This document shows, in pieces, positions 49,250-59,223 of a DNA stretch of 64,000 nucleotides. The stretch is from a virus: positions 1-64,000 of the IMG/VR virus record IMGVR_UViG_3300012205_000277. The stretch is one strand, 5' to 3'. The notes under the pieces were generated by a model that saw only the letters and a program-made list of their open reading frames with translations, was not told where the DNA came from and ran no database searches. Numbering within the stretch: position 1 is the stretch's first letter; the number at the start of each line of letters is the position of its first letter. The translations under genes were made by a program, and so were the position numbers.

Positions 49250-49331
49250 TTTGACGTGCCTGCCACACCCAGCCCTGGCTCGACCGGTCTTTCCATGCCT
49301 TTGCATTCCAAGGCCCGCCTGCAGCGTCAAA
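49250..49331 (-). ncRNA. Pentamer-repeat candidate guide RNA 4
   Basis: 11 G-initial pentamers plus GGCAGGC, closed by a TTTGACG/CGTCAAA stem. Confidence 0.75.
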
Positions 49332-49964
49332 CTCTTATCGCAATTCTATCCATCTGTGTGCCGCGTTCTTGCGAAGCCACTCCCCGGCTTTTTGATAAAG
49401 CGGATTGTTCGGTTCGCGGCTGTAGCCGTAGCCGTCGGTCACACCGTTCCGGTAGGACCACTTCATGCAGAAGCTGGCTACGATGATCCATGTCAAATTC
49501 CCAATGAGTATCCAACCGAATATTTCAGTCATCGTCGTCCCTTTCATTTCTTGTCGAGGCAGGCTGTAGGATCGAGTCCGCAATTCGGGACCGGGACATG
49601 CCGCATGAGATAACCCCAAACCAAACCGGAAGCGATGATACAGAAATAGATCAGCAAAGCCTTCTTCGTCTCTTTCTTCATGGCTTACCCCCCCTTATCG
49701 CGTGTAGGCCAAAAGACCCAAACTATGGCGAGGTTCACAAAGCCTACGACCATCAGTATCGCCAATAGCCACTCTACCCCGCCCATTGTGGCCTTCGCTT
49801 TGCCAGAGCCTTCTGCACGGTCGTCGCATGAATGCACAAGAGCTTCGCAATTTCCGGTTTGCTGACCCCGCGCGCGGCGAGACGGCGAATCTCGTCGGCG
49901 CGGGCATCGGCATTCTTCTTTTTGCGGGCTGCGACAGCGGTTCTCTTTGTGAGTTGATAGTCCA

Positions 49965-50897
49965 TCAGGCTGTCGCGGAAGTTCCCAGATTGATCTTGCG
50001 GCCGCCCCAGAGGATTTTGCTGATGGCGGCAGCTTCGGCGGCGTCAGTGCCAGCGGCTACGAGGTCCGTGACGGCATCGGCTTCACTGTTCAGCCGGCCT
50101 TCGGTCATGCCGATGAGCGATCCGATTACTTCGCAAATCAGGTTCGGATGCTGGAGCGTGATGACGCATTCGTTGCCGAACAGGCGCACGTACTGTTCCC
50201 TGGCATTATCGAAGCCGCCTACCGGCCAGAGCACGAAAACGTTGTAGAGCTGCTTGAGCGCCAGGATGGTTGTTTCAATCGGAATCGATCCAGGAAGGCT
50301 GTCGCCAAACACTGACCGGGCATGTTCCGCGCTGGTTGTCGAGAAAATGGGTTCATCGGCATACATGAAGAAGTAACCCTTCCGGTTGCGCTTCTCCATG
50401 CAATCGAGGATGGTCTTATTGGCGGCCGCATACATGACGAGATCGTAGGACTCCCCCTGATTGCCGCCACCTTGTCCGACCAGCATCAGCTTGCGAATGT
50501 GCTCGTCGATCCGGTTGTCGGATTCGAAGTCTGAGATTTGTGTAGATTTGTCCCGGACCACGGTCCAATCGTCGTTGGCGGCAATCGCTACCTGGGGATC
50601 GGGAAGATAGCGCTCAAGCAGCGCCATGAGGTTCGGAAGTTTCTGCTGCGCTTCGCGCGCCCGCGAGATGTTCGATCCAGTGACGTCCAAGCAAAGCAGG
50701 ACGGCATTCGATTCCGGGTGCTCCGTGCTGTCGCGGCTCTCGAGTTTCCCGAACGGCTTTGCTTTGATCCGTTTCGGATCGAGGTCCGGGTGGATGGTTG
50801 TCGCTGTTTGCGTGTATTCGAAATCATCCTTCCCGGTGAGTCTGCGCGTTGATGCCGCGCGTGAGTAGGTAGGTGCATCAAAACGTCCACTGCCCAT
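49965..50897 (-). CDS. vWA-domain protein
   Basis: MGSG.F....Y, ESRDS.EHP.S, LDVTGS (MIDAS), GGGN.GESY, ADE. Confidence 0.8.
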   Translation of the reverse strand: MGSGRFDAPTYSRAASTRRLTGKDDFEYTQTATTIHPDLDPKRIKAKPFGKLESRDSTEHPESNAVLLCLDVTGSNISRAREAQQKLPNLMALLERYLPDPQVAIAANDDWTVVRDKSTQISDFESDNRIDEHIRKLMLVGQGGGNQGESYDLVMYAAANKTILDCMEKRNRKGYFFMYADEPIFSTTSAEHARSVFGDSLPGSIPIETTILALKQLYNVFVLWPVGGFDNAREQYVRLFGNECVITLQHPNLICEVIGSLIGMTEGRLNSEADAVTDLVAAGTDAAEAAAISKILWGGRKINLGTSATA

Positions 50898-51483
50898 GTG
50901 AATTCTCCTTTTAATTTTGGCCCGTTTGGCTACGCGACCGGAAAAATTTATTCCAAGACAATTCTGCGTCCTGAGAAAAACGGTTCCACCGTCGGTGGCT
51001 GCTTGCTCAGCCAAATGCGGCTCCCTTCGGCAAGACAATCACAGTCGGGCGGGCCGATAACGGCCGGATGATAGTTCTCGCAATGCGCCGGCCCGCGCTC
51101 CCGGTGAAGCGCGAATCCAATGTCATTCATTTCGTTGACTTCCTTGATGGTGAAATCGGAATACCGGATCATTTCTCACCTCGTCCCGGTTTTGGCGCGT
51201 CCTTTCCAGGACATTTCCTTGCAGAGTTCCGCATACTTGATCCTGCACAATCGGTGCGGACAATACTCCGAATTTAGCCATGTCGAGATATGATCAGGCT
51301 CCAGGAGTGGCCAGTTGATCCAGCTTGGCTGCCCGCACATGCACAGAATTCGTTCATTTCCATCGGAATTGACCACACTGGCTTTCTGCCAGATCCAATC
51401 GTTCTTCTTACAGTGCGCGCAAACAATGGGCTTCGAATCCACGTTGACGGATCCAAACATCGGAACGTGGATAAAGAGAGCCG

Positions 51484-51774
51484 TCATTTCTCGCCGATGG
51501 CCCGGATAGGCGCTCCCAATTGCTTCCCGGTACCGAGCCCCTTCGATTCAAAGAAGGTCCCGGTCTTTTTAGGGTCGGCCAGCGCCGGCAACCGTTCCTG
51601 GCCGACTATGTTCAGGAATTGGAGCTCCACCTTGGCCGAATTGATGATTTGCGCGGCCACGTGAGCTACCGCTTCGGCGCGCTCAACCGGCATGGGATTG
51701 TCTTTGTCTTTTAGCTTTTCGAGCGCGTCGAACAAATGATCGCGCAAGTCTGACATCTTCCTGTTGTTTTCCAT
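51484..51774 (-). CDS. Conserved phage protein downstream of HNH gene
   Basis: DLRDHLF..LE.L......ERA.AV..VA.QII.SAKVE. Confidence 0.7.
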   Translation of the reverse strand: MENNRKMSDLRDHLFDALEKLKDKDNPMPVERAEAVAHVAAQIINSAKVELQFLNIVGQERLPALADPKKTGTFFESKGLGTGKQLGAPIRAIGEK

Positions 51775-52579
51775 ACTTTTCCTTTCTTTCTCGGATTTGC
51801 CGTTTCAGTGCTCCGGTCAAAAGAATCACTTTCCTGAGTTCGGGAGGATAGCTTGGCCGGTGAATGGAATTGCGCCGCATCAGCTCCGCCCTGGTGATGC
51901 ATTCCAGGTTCGTAAGAACGGTATTCTGTTTGTTGCCATCCTTGAAAACCACGGCATGCCCTGGAGGAACCTTTCCATGCGCCTCTTTCCATATGCGAAG
52001 ATGCACAAATTCCCATACTTTCTGATTGCCGAATCCGCCCAGGACTCGATCGGCAATCTTCCTTCGCAGGTAGCCGTCGGAATCCGCCTTGATGGTTCCG
52101 ACTGGAAACCAGTTGCGTGACCGCTGGCCTTTCTTGAAGGTTGTCTCCGCCATGCGGCCATGCGCCAAGGAATACCCTGGACGTCGCAAGCCTTTGTTAT
52201 GAGGAACCTGCCCGGGCTTGAACCGCGTTTGAACGCTGCACCGGCGCAAGCGCGCGCTTTCGGCTGCGTGAAGAGTCTCTGTGTATGCTTTTGTTTTATG
52301 TAGATGCAATATGCCCGCTTGAGCATGGACGCTATTGAGAGTGCGGCCCAAGAGGCCAGCCACTTCGGCACAAGGCAAGTGCGGATAGATTTTACGGAAC
52401 TGTGCATGATCGGCAGCCGTCCAAGGCTTGCAGCCAAATCTTTTTCTGATTCCAAGTTTCTCCGCGCGGCTCTTGATCGAATCATCGGACCGGTGAAGTT
52501 TGGCGGCAAGTTCTTTCCGGGGATGATCGGGATAGAGCCGACATAAAATCAGGTCTTCACGTTTTGACCAGTATCGCAT
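51683..52579 (-). CDS. HNH endonuclease family protein with N-terminal helical repeats
   Basis: F.PG..P.NKG, H..IW....G..P.G..V.FKDGN..N....NL..I.R. Confidence 0.8.
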   Translation of the reverse strand: MRYWSKREDLILCRLYPDHPRKELAAKLHRSDDSIKSRAEKLGIRKRFGCKPWTAADHAQFRKIYPHLPCAEVAGLLGRTLNSVHAQAGILHLHKTKAYTETLHAAESARLRRCSVQTRFKPGQVPHNKGLRRPGYSLAHGRMAETTFKKGQRSRNWFPVGTIKADSDGYLRRKIADRVLGGFGNQKVWEFVHLRIWKEAHGKVPPGHAVVFKDGNKQNTVLTNLECITRAELMRRNSIHRPSYPPELRKVILLTGALKRQIRERKEKYGKQQEDVRLARSFVRRARKAKRQRQSHAG

Positions 52580-54196
52580 GGTGCCTCCTTTCTTTTTTGA
52601 GCGCGGCTCGCGTTCGCTTCGACAACCACCACATAGCGTCAATTTCAGCATCCGTACGCGGCGGTGGCGGCGGCGGCTTTGGCGGCCGGGGACCGCCAAG
52701 AGCACGCCAGAGAATTTCTTGATTCCGCGGACTGCGCCTGGTTCTCAATTTTTGAATCCTTCGAGGGCGGTCAAAGCCGCTTGGATCTGGCCTTGGAATC
52801 TACTGATAACTTCCAAATCGCCGGATGCCCTGGAATTCATGCAGGTAAATCGGTGCCAGGCTTGGCGTTCCGGCAAAGTTAATTTATCGAATATGGCTAG
52901 GATCAATTTCATTTCCGGGGAATCATCCGGCAGTCTTGCGCCTGTGGCGAGGTTGAGCATCGCTGGCTTGCATCCGGGACAGGCATCCTCGTAGGTTTCC
53001 CAGCTCATGATTGATTCCCTAGGGCCTCTAGTGCGCGAAGCACCACTTGCCCATATTCCGTGGCGGTGCCAAAGCCGCTTTCGACGCAGGCAATCCGTTT
53101 TTGCCAGTAGGGGTCGTCCAGTAAATCCCGCAGGGCTTTCTCTAGCGCTGATTGTTTCGAAAGCCAGCGTGCGATAATTGGCTCGATTCGGTCGATATCC
53201 TGGGCAATGATTTCATCGAGCTGGCCGATGGCGTCTACGCTGGCTGCTTCTGGTAATTCTGGATCGCGCAATGCATTGAAGAGTTCCTGCCGTTGCTTGT
53301 CCGATAGTTTCATTCATTGGCTCCGCACGGTTGTATCGATGGGAATCGAGCACGGAATCTTGATCGACCGCGGATCGTCCGGCCGGCCAGCCGTTGTCAC
53401 GATGCCTGTCCATCCGCACCGCGAGCAGGAAATGAGATACTGCCCACAACGCGGCGCTGGATATGGCAAGGCCGTCTGGCAGGTAAACTGGAACGGATGG
53501 CCGTTTGAAACATCGATATCGATGCCATTCGGATATTTCGGGTCCGGAGCGTTTTGAGGCTCCCGGTGGCCGTCAATCCACTCTACCGTTAGATTTTCGC
53601 TGTTCATTGAGTTCCTTCGTTAGTTCTGAAATGACCCGAGCAATATCGAGAGCCGCAAAATATCCGGGCAAGCCAGCCGAACTGGTGGCTAAAAAGATGG
53701 CCTGTCACGTGGTAGAACCGTGCCCGCGCGCAATGGCTAGAATCTGTTCGCGTGTCAAACCGCATAAAAGGGCCTGGCCTATCGCGGCTTCGAGCCGTTC
53801 ATATGCCGTCATGGATCTTTCCTCTTCTTGCGTCTGTGCGGCGCACCGGAAAGGTGAATTCGCTCCAACCCTTCTGCTTCGGGGACGCTCTTGATTGACG
53901 ATAGCGGCACCTTGCATTCGTGAAGCGGGAAGCGCACTGACACTAATGCTTTGCAAACTGGACAACGAATTACGCTGCTCATCATTTTTTCCTCACTCTC
54001 TCAAGGGCATAGCAGCCGCTAACTCCTGTCAGCCAAATAACGGCAGTATGGCCACTAAGCATCTCCGCCTCGCTGCGCGTGGTCGTTTCTATTTCTGTGC
54101 CATCGTCTTTTTCAACGATCACCGGAGTCCCAATCGGAACCTGGCCCCAAGCGTCAAAGATTTTCTGCTGCTGCTTTACGTAGCCGGTTGGATGTC

Positions 54197-55003
54197 TCAT
54201 GGGAACAATCCACTTTTCTCTTTGCCGTACTGGAAGTAGGCAGATGGATATTCTTGAATTTTGCCTTCGCCTTCTAGCTCAATTTTCATTTCTGTTCTGG
54301 GAGCACTGCTTTGTTTGAACCAGAAAGCAATATCATGCTTCCTACAAATCTTCAGGATGCGCCTGGCCCACTCATGATCCATGAAACGAAATAAGTCAGA
54401 ATTGTTTCCGGATTCTCCGCCCACAATCAGTTGCGAGAAGCCGTCAACATATTCCTCTAGGTCCGGCGTAATGTCTTCGAGCAATGGCTCGGCGGATACA
54501 AACCGAACGTATGCGGGAATCGCGCGGAGCACTGCCATGCGTTTCAAATACTTTTTGCTTTCGACGCTCACTCCCATCCAACAATTCTTATAACCAATCC
54601 CCCAATCAGTAGGTAGGCGCCGCTCAATCAATTCCGGGCGCTTGGTCAATATCTGATAGACCAGGTTCGGAGTGTCTCGGATGATCTTCCATACTTCCGG
54701 ACGCCATTGGTCGGCATCTTGAATGAAGAAATCACTCAAGCTGCAAGTAAAAACCAGATCGTAACGCTTGGCCTTTTCTGCTTCCCGTTGCCAGCGTTTT
54801 GGATCGTTCCAAGTTTTTGTGCGGACTACCGTATCAAATGGATGAGGATTCGCCGGTGTGCCGCGCATCCGGTTAATCATTGCTCGGGCATAGCATGCGT
54901 GGCACCCTGGCGACACGGTCCTGCAGCCAATAAATGGATTCCAAGTTTTTGAGGCCCAGCTAATACGCGTTGTATCGCCCAAATTTACTCCTTTCACCTT
55001 CAC
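54197..55003 (-). CDS. DUF5131 (phage Gp37/Gp68) three-Cys protein
   Basis: WNP..GC..VSPGC..CYA, LSDFF, LTKRPE, S.EPLL, GGESG. Confidence 0.9.
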   Translation of the reverse strand: MKVKGVNLGDTTRISWASKTWNPFIGCRTVSPGCHACYARAMINRMRGTPANPHPFDTVVRTKTWNDPKRWQREAEKAKRYDLVFTCSLSDFFIQDADQWRPEVWKIIRDTPNLVYQILTKRPELIERRLPTDWGIGYKNCWMGVSVESKKYLKRMAVLRAIPAYVRFVSAEPLLEDITPDLEEYVDGFSQLIVGGESGNNSDLFRFMDHEWARRILKICRKHDIAFWFKQSSAPRTEMKIELEGEGKIQEYPSAYFQYGKEKSGLFP

Positions 55004-55006
55004 TGA

Positions 55007-55125
55007 CTTACCTGTCCCTGCCGTACAATTCCAAGAACGCGAACACCGCGCCTAACCCAAGCGGGCCAGTTCGTGTCTTGTCCCGCCGAGGCTGGACATG
55101 CCATGACTAACCGGTCCGGGTTAAG
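55007..55125 (-). ncRNA. Pentamer-repeat candidate guide RNA 5
   Basis: ~20 pentamers (first 15 G-initial) plus GGGACAGG; promoter TTGACA(55152-55147) with -10 TAATCT (N17) or TATAAT (N15). Confidence 0.72.
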
Positions 55126-55158
55126 ATTATAACTTAGGGTCTAATTTGTCAATGATTT

Positions 55159-55839
55159 TTACTGCGCTTCGACAAGCAAGCCGTAGTAATCGACTCTTCC
55201 TAGATTGATAACATAGCCTCTGGTAATATGGGCCGTCGGGCACGGCATCGTCAGAAGACATTTGTCCGCGTAATCAAATACTTCTTTCTTTCCGGGAACA
55301 TTCCAACTCTCAGGGATACCCATCACCCGCTTTGCCAACTTGCTGATCGGCATCTTGCCGCTTCCGGGTCCGTGTTGGCCATAAGATACAGTCCCGCGCG
55401 TCAAAAATACAACTGTGCGTTGCTTGATCCGGAATAGCAATTCATGCCAGATCTCCCATGGATCGCCGTAACAGTCCACGTCCACCGTGTTATACCTACC
55501 CAAGCCTGTGCCGGTGTATTCATCGACTTTCGTATCGCCATTCAAGGCCGCGATAAAGCGCGGCGTGATTTTAATTTGGAGCTGGCCGGCTTGCTTCGCG
55601 ACTGCATCGACCGGCGTATACGTTTGGACTTGCAAGGCCCGCGGCTGATCCTCGGGAGATAAGTCCGGATCGTAGCGCGGCTGGCGCCGGAGCTCCGACC
55701 AAACCATTCCCTCCCCGGCAAATAAATCAAGGACACGCAGCGGTTCCATCTGGGCTTCCTCAATCAGGAACCTTCGTAGGTAAACTTTATCGGCTAAAGA
55801 ACGATTGTCGGTTTTTTTCTGCAGCGCCGAAGCACTCAT
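55159..55839 (-). CDS. Methyltransferase-like protein upstream of DUF5131
   Basis: VLDLFAGEG..W, Y..VD.D.YG.P. Confidence 0.6.
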   Translation of the reverse strand: MSASALQKKTDNRSLADKVYLRRFLIEEAQMEPLRVLDLFAGEGMVWSELRRQPRYDPDLSPEDQPRALQVQTYTPVDAVAKQAGQLQIKITPRFIAALNGDTKVDEYTGTGLGRYNTVDVDCYGDPWEIWHELLFRIKQRTVVFLTRGTVSYGQHGPGSGKMPISKLAKRVMGIPESWNVPGKKEVFDYADKCLLTMPCPTAHITRGYVINLGRVDYYGLLVEAQ

Positions 55840-56385
55840 AGCGGATCGAGCCCGATATCGAGCGCCTTGAAAATCCACTGGCTTATTTCTGTCGCCGTGG
55901 CCAAGTCGCGCGCGCTGATTCTCAGGTCTGCAAGTTCGGTTTGGAATTCCGGCTGGTCCCAACAGGGAGCGTTGATCCAATGGCAAAGATAGTCGCGCAC
56001 CAAAGAAATCTGTTCGTCAGTAACCGTGGTTCCTTTGATCCGATTGTCCAGGTAAGCGTTGACGGCGCTGATCAATGTTCCGGAGACTTCATCGCGCCAA
56101 AAAAAAGGGAGCCCCAGCGGGGGCTTGTACGCGGCCGGCATAATTGTCATGGGGATTTGTCTCTAGGCAACAGCAGCTTCAGATTCGGGTTCAGGCTTTT
56201 TCTTTTTGGAGCCGGGCGGTCTGCCGCCAAGTTTTGCCCATCTGGATAATTGCGCGGCGGAATGTCTTTTTGCGCGAGCGCGGCCGCCTTTGCTGCCAAC
56301 TTTTTGGAAAAATTCCAAAGCCGGGCCGCTCAATTTCAATTTGTCTTTCTTTGCCATTGGTTCCTCGTCTGGTCATAAGTATACA

Positions 56386-56982
56386 CTAGGTTTTTGCCAG
56401 GAAATCGTAAACTTCATTTAGAAGATTGGTCACTTCCTCGAAAGAAGGTTTGAGTCCTTTTTGTCTAAGATGCATCCATAACGCGACGCGGAGAACTTGC
56501 TCCGACCTAGAATCACCTTTTATCGTATTCGCCCTGCGGGAGATAACGGATACATTACCATTGACATACCCAAGCTGAGGATAGAACTTATCAATACTGG
56601 CACAGTCTGGGTCAGGCGAACCCTTCGTTTTCTTCTGCACAAACGGCGTTCCGAATACCGGGCACTTCATTGGAAGTACGAGTCCCAATAGGTCGCCATA
56701 GGCGATGTGAGATTGTCCGTGCTTTCTCGCATACGCCTTGGCTCGCGAGAGCATTGCCCTGGCAATAGCGGGAGCACCTCCGCATTCCATACATTTGCCA
56801 CGGATTTTACCGTGAGTGCAAACATTGCTCCCGCCGCATTCTTTGCAGTTAGTGCGCCTCTTTTTATGTTTGCAGAAACGGTGAGGAGCGCACCTTGCAC
56901 AGTTGGACGCAGCGTTGCCGTGTTTGCATCTTTTACTCCTGTAAACTCGCGTCATGCCGCCGAATAAGTCTGGTGAGTTCAT
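56386..56982 (-). CDS. HNH-like endonuclease with N-terminal C.H....C..C repeats
   Basis: CKHG/CKHK/CTHG repeats; CPVFG, SIDK..P.LGYV.GNV.VIS.RAN..K. Confidence 0.72.
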   Translation of the reverse strand: MNSPDLFGGMTRVYRSKRCKHGNAASNCARCAPHRFCKHKKRRTNCKECGGSNVCTHGKIRGKCMECGGAPAIARAMLSRAKAYARKHGQSHIAYGDLLGLVLPMKCPVFGTPFVQKKTKGSPDPDCASIDKFYPQLGYVNGNVSVISRRANTIKGDSRSEQVLRVALWMHLRQKGLKPSFEEVTNLLNEVYDFLAKT

Positions 56983-57550
56983 GTGCTGTGATTATATCAA
57001 TCTTTGTCTCTATGTTTCAAGCCAGCGAGGCATGTGCTGCCTTACGGCTGTAGCAACCGCTGGATATATAATTTTGCCTTATCGTAGCCCCAGGCATGAA
57101 TCGAATGGTCAATCTTGGTGACGTCCTCATTCGGGAACACAACGTCAGCCGGGCCAGCGACTGACGGTTCCCAATTTATTGCGATGACTCGCTTGCGCCA
57201 GCCCAAAGTGACTCGGCCTTTCCTTGTGGTTATGGTGTACCACGGCTTCTGGCTGCAACAAGGCTGGGAGCAATAGCCGTTGGGAATTTCCTCTACGAAA
57301 ATTAGCCCGGTAAGCGAAAAGGGTTCAAATAGGCCAACCAGTGCTTGGCGTTCAACTTCCCGTTCGACGGCAACATCGGGATCGAGCCGCGCTGTTTCCA
57401 GCTCCAATGCTTCTACCAGTTTGTCGGCTAAGTCCCTCGCGGCGCGTTCATCGGCTTCGGTTACCGGCCGATGCAAAGAAACGCGAACCTCGATGCCCAA
57501 AGCATGCTTGCCAATGATTTCCTGCTTGTAAAGTGTCTTGTATTCGAGAT

Positions 57551-58438
57551 TCATGGTCGTCCTTTCTTTTTATGCTTCAAGTCCTCAGCAATATTGCGAC
57601 GAATTGTTCGCCAAGCTTTTTGCGCGCGCAAACTGCCGATGCTCGAAGCACCGCCGCATGTCGGACAAATGGTCAGGTGTGGCAGTTTGCATTTCAACTC
57701 CGAACACTTCCACGGCTTGTGGCATTTCTCGCAATCGTGGGTGTGTACTGGAAGGATTTTCAAATCCCCATTTGGAAGACCTTCCCGTTTATCACCGAGG
57801 AGCAATTCCACTTGCAATTTGTTTAGCGCGTCCCGAACATTGAATTGAACGCTCTTGGCCAGATCGCAGAAATTTACAGGATATTTGCCGCCCTCTTTCT
57901 TGTAAATCGCGCCTAAGTAGGCTCCAAGTTCTTCTTCCAGGGTTTCGGCATCGAATTCGAGCACGCTGCACCTGGACATAAATCGAGGCTCCAGATTCAA
58001 TCTGCTGTTGGCTGTGAAAATGAAAATGGTTTTCGGCGGCCATGCGGTCGAATCCATTTTGGACAGGAGAGAGATTTGGGCCGCTGGCGACATTTTATCG
58101 GCCTCGTGAATAGAGAGGATATGCCAGTCGCAGGTTTTGCCGGTATCGAAATTGAATGCGCCGTATCTGCACATTTCCGTCTCGCGCCTTACCCGGTCCA
58201 GGTCGCATTCAGCGCTCGGGACTTCGTGAAGTTCGGCATTGATTTCTTCGGCGATGGCCTGTACCAGGGCCGTTTTCCCAAGGCCAGATCCGCCGAGAAA
58301 GAACCAGCTATGTTCGAATGGTTTCTTGACGAATGGTTCGATCGTGCGTTTCACCTTCATCAATCCGATGAATTCGCTCACTCGCCGCGGGCGGTATTTC
58401 TCCGTTAGTGGCTCGGGGAACGGCAAGCTTTTCGTCAC
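57551..58438 (-). CDS. Clamp-loader-like AAA+ ATPase (RFC/DnaX clade) with Cys/His-rich tail
   Basis: LTEKYRP, G.SG.GKT, IHEADKM, TAN, SRC. Confidence 0.8.
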   Translation of the reverse strand: MTKSLPFPEPLTEKYRPRRVSEFIGLMKVKRTIEPFVKKPFEHSWFFLGGSGLGKTALVQAIAEEINAELHEVPSAECDLDRVRRETEMCRYGAFNFDTGKTCDWHILSIHEADKMSPAAQISLLSKMDSTAWPPKTIFIFTANSRLNLEPRFMSRCSVLEFDAETLEEELGAYLGAIYKKEGGKYPVNFCDLAKSVQFNVRDALNKLQVELLLGDKREGLPNGDLKILPVHTHDCEKCHKPWKCSELKCKLPHLTICPTCGGASSIGSLRAQKAWRTIRRNIAEDLKHKKKGRP

Positions 58439-58739
58439 TTGAGCTGCCCTCCCTGACCCCAAAGATTGACGAAGACGCGCTTGCCATGCTCATCTTTCAT
58501 CATGTTTGGGTGGGCGATGTCCTGACCCTGACAGTCATAATCGTAGATTTCCACGGTCATGCCGGGCGGGATGTTGTGAATCCTATGAATGACACCGCCA
58601 TTCATGACGACGCGGATTGGCTTCTGTGTAGGAACTTCATGGCCCTTGCAATGCGTCCATTGGCCGGATTGCACCTGTGGACAATTTTTGTTGTCGCCGT
58701 GATGCATGGTGGTCATGTGTTTCTCCCTTTGGACGCTTA

Positions 58740-58799
58740 GGCCGCGCCCTGGCTTGAATCTTAGACACTAACATAAGTCCCGGCAGGGCAGGCGCGGTT
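58740..58799 (+). ncRNA. Degenerate pentamer-repeat RNA 6
   Basis: GGCCGCGCC/GGCGCGGTT closing stem, GGCAG-GGCAGGC end, irregular period. Confidence 0.45.
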
Positions 58800-59223
58800 A
58801 ATCCTGCAAGACAATTGATCGCGTCGTTTGCAATAAAAATATCGGCTCGATCGGAGCACTGCTTGTGATTTTGCGGCCGGCCCGGAGGAATGCCTGTTCC
58901 GCCGCAGGAGTCGTCCGGCTCTTATCCACTGGTTCCTTGGACAAGATCAGGTCGATGTGCTTGCACGCGATCTTCGGCGCTTTGTGAAACTTCCAGAACG
59001 GGCAGGAACATGCCCAGGTCCCGTCCGCTTTCATGGAAACTACGTATTGGGCATCGGAAGTCATGCTGGTGACTTGCCAACGCGCGATGTACTGCGCACT
59101 CGGTTTCAGTTTCGTAACCATTTTGTTTCTCCCTTTTTTTGATTCCAACCACTGTTTCACTTCGGCTTTGATGGCTGCATCAATTGTCTGCATCGTCTTC
59201 GGGAAGATTTTGTGCTTCTTCAT
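58798..59223 (-). CDS. SWIM zinc-finger protein
   Basis: W.CSCP.W.......CKHI. Confidence 0.78.
   Translation of the reverse strand: MKKHKIFPKTMQTIDAAIKAEVKQWLESKKGRNKMVTKLKPSAQYIARWQVTSMTSDAQYVVSMKADGTWACSCPFWKFHKAPKIACKHIDLILSKEPVDKSRTTPAAEQAFLRAGRKITSSAPIEPIFLLQTTRSIVLQD

Noticed and set aside
58346-58366. Alternative target of RNA 4 in the clamp-loader gene (GLMKVKR, 6 of the first 7 units)
   Set aside because: The match collapses afterwards, is distant and breaks the orientation rule; the adjacent purA match spans all 11 units. Probably chance.
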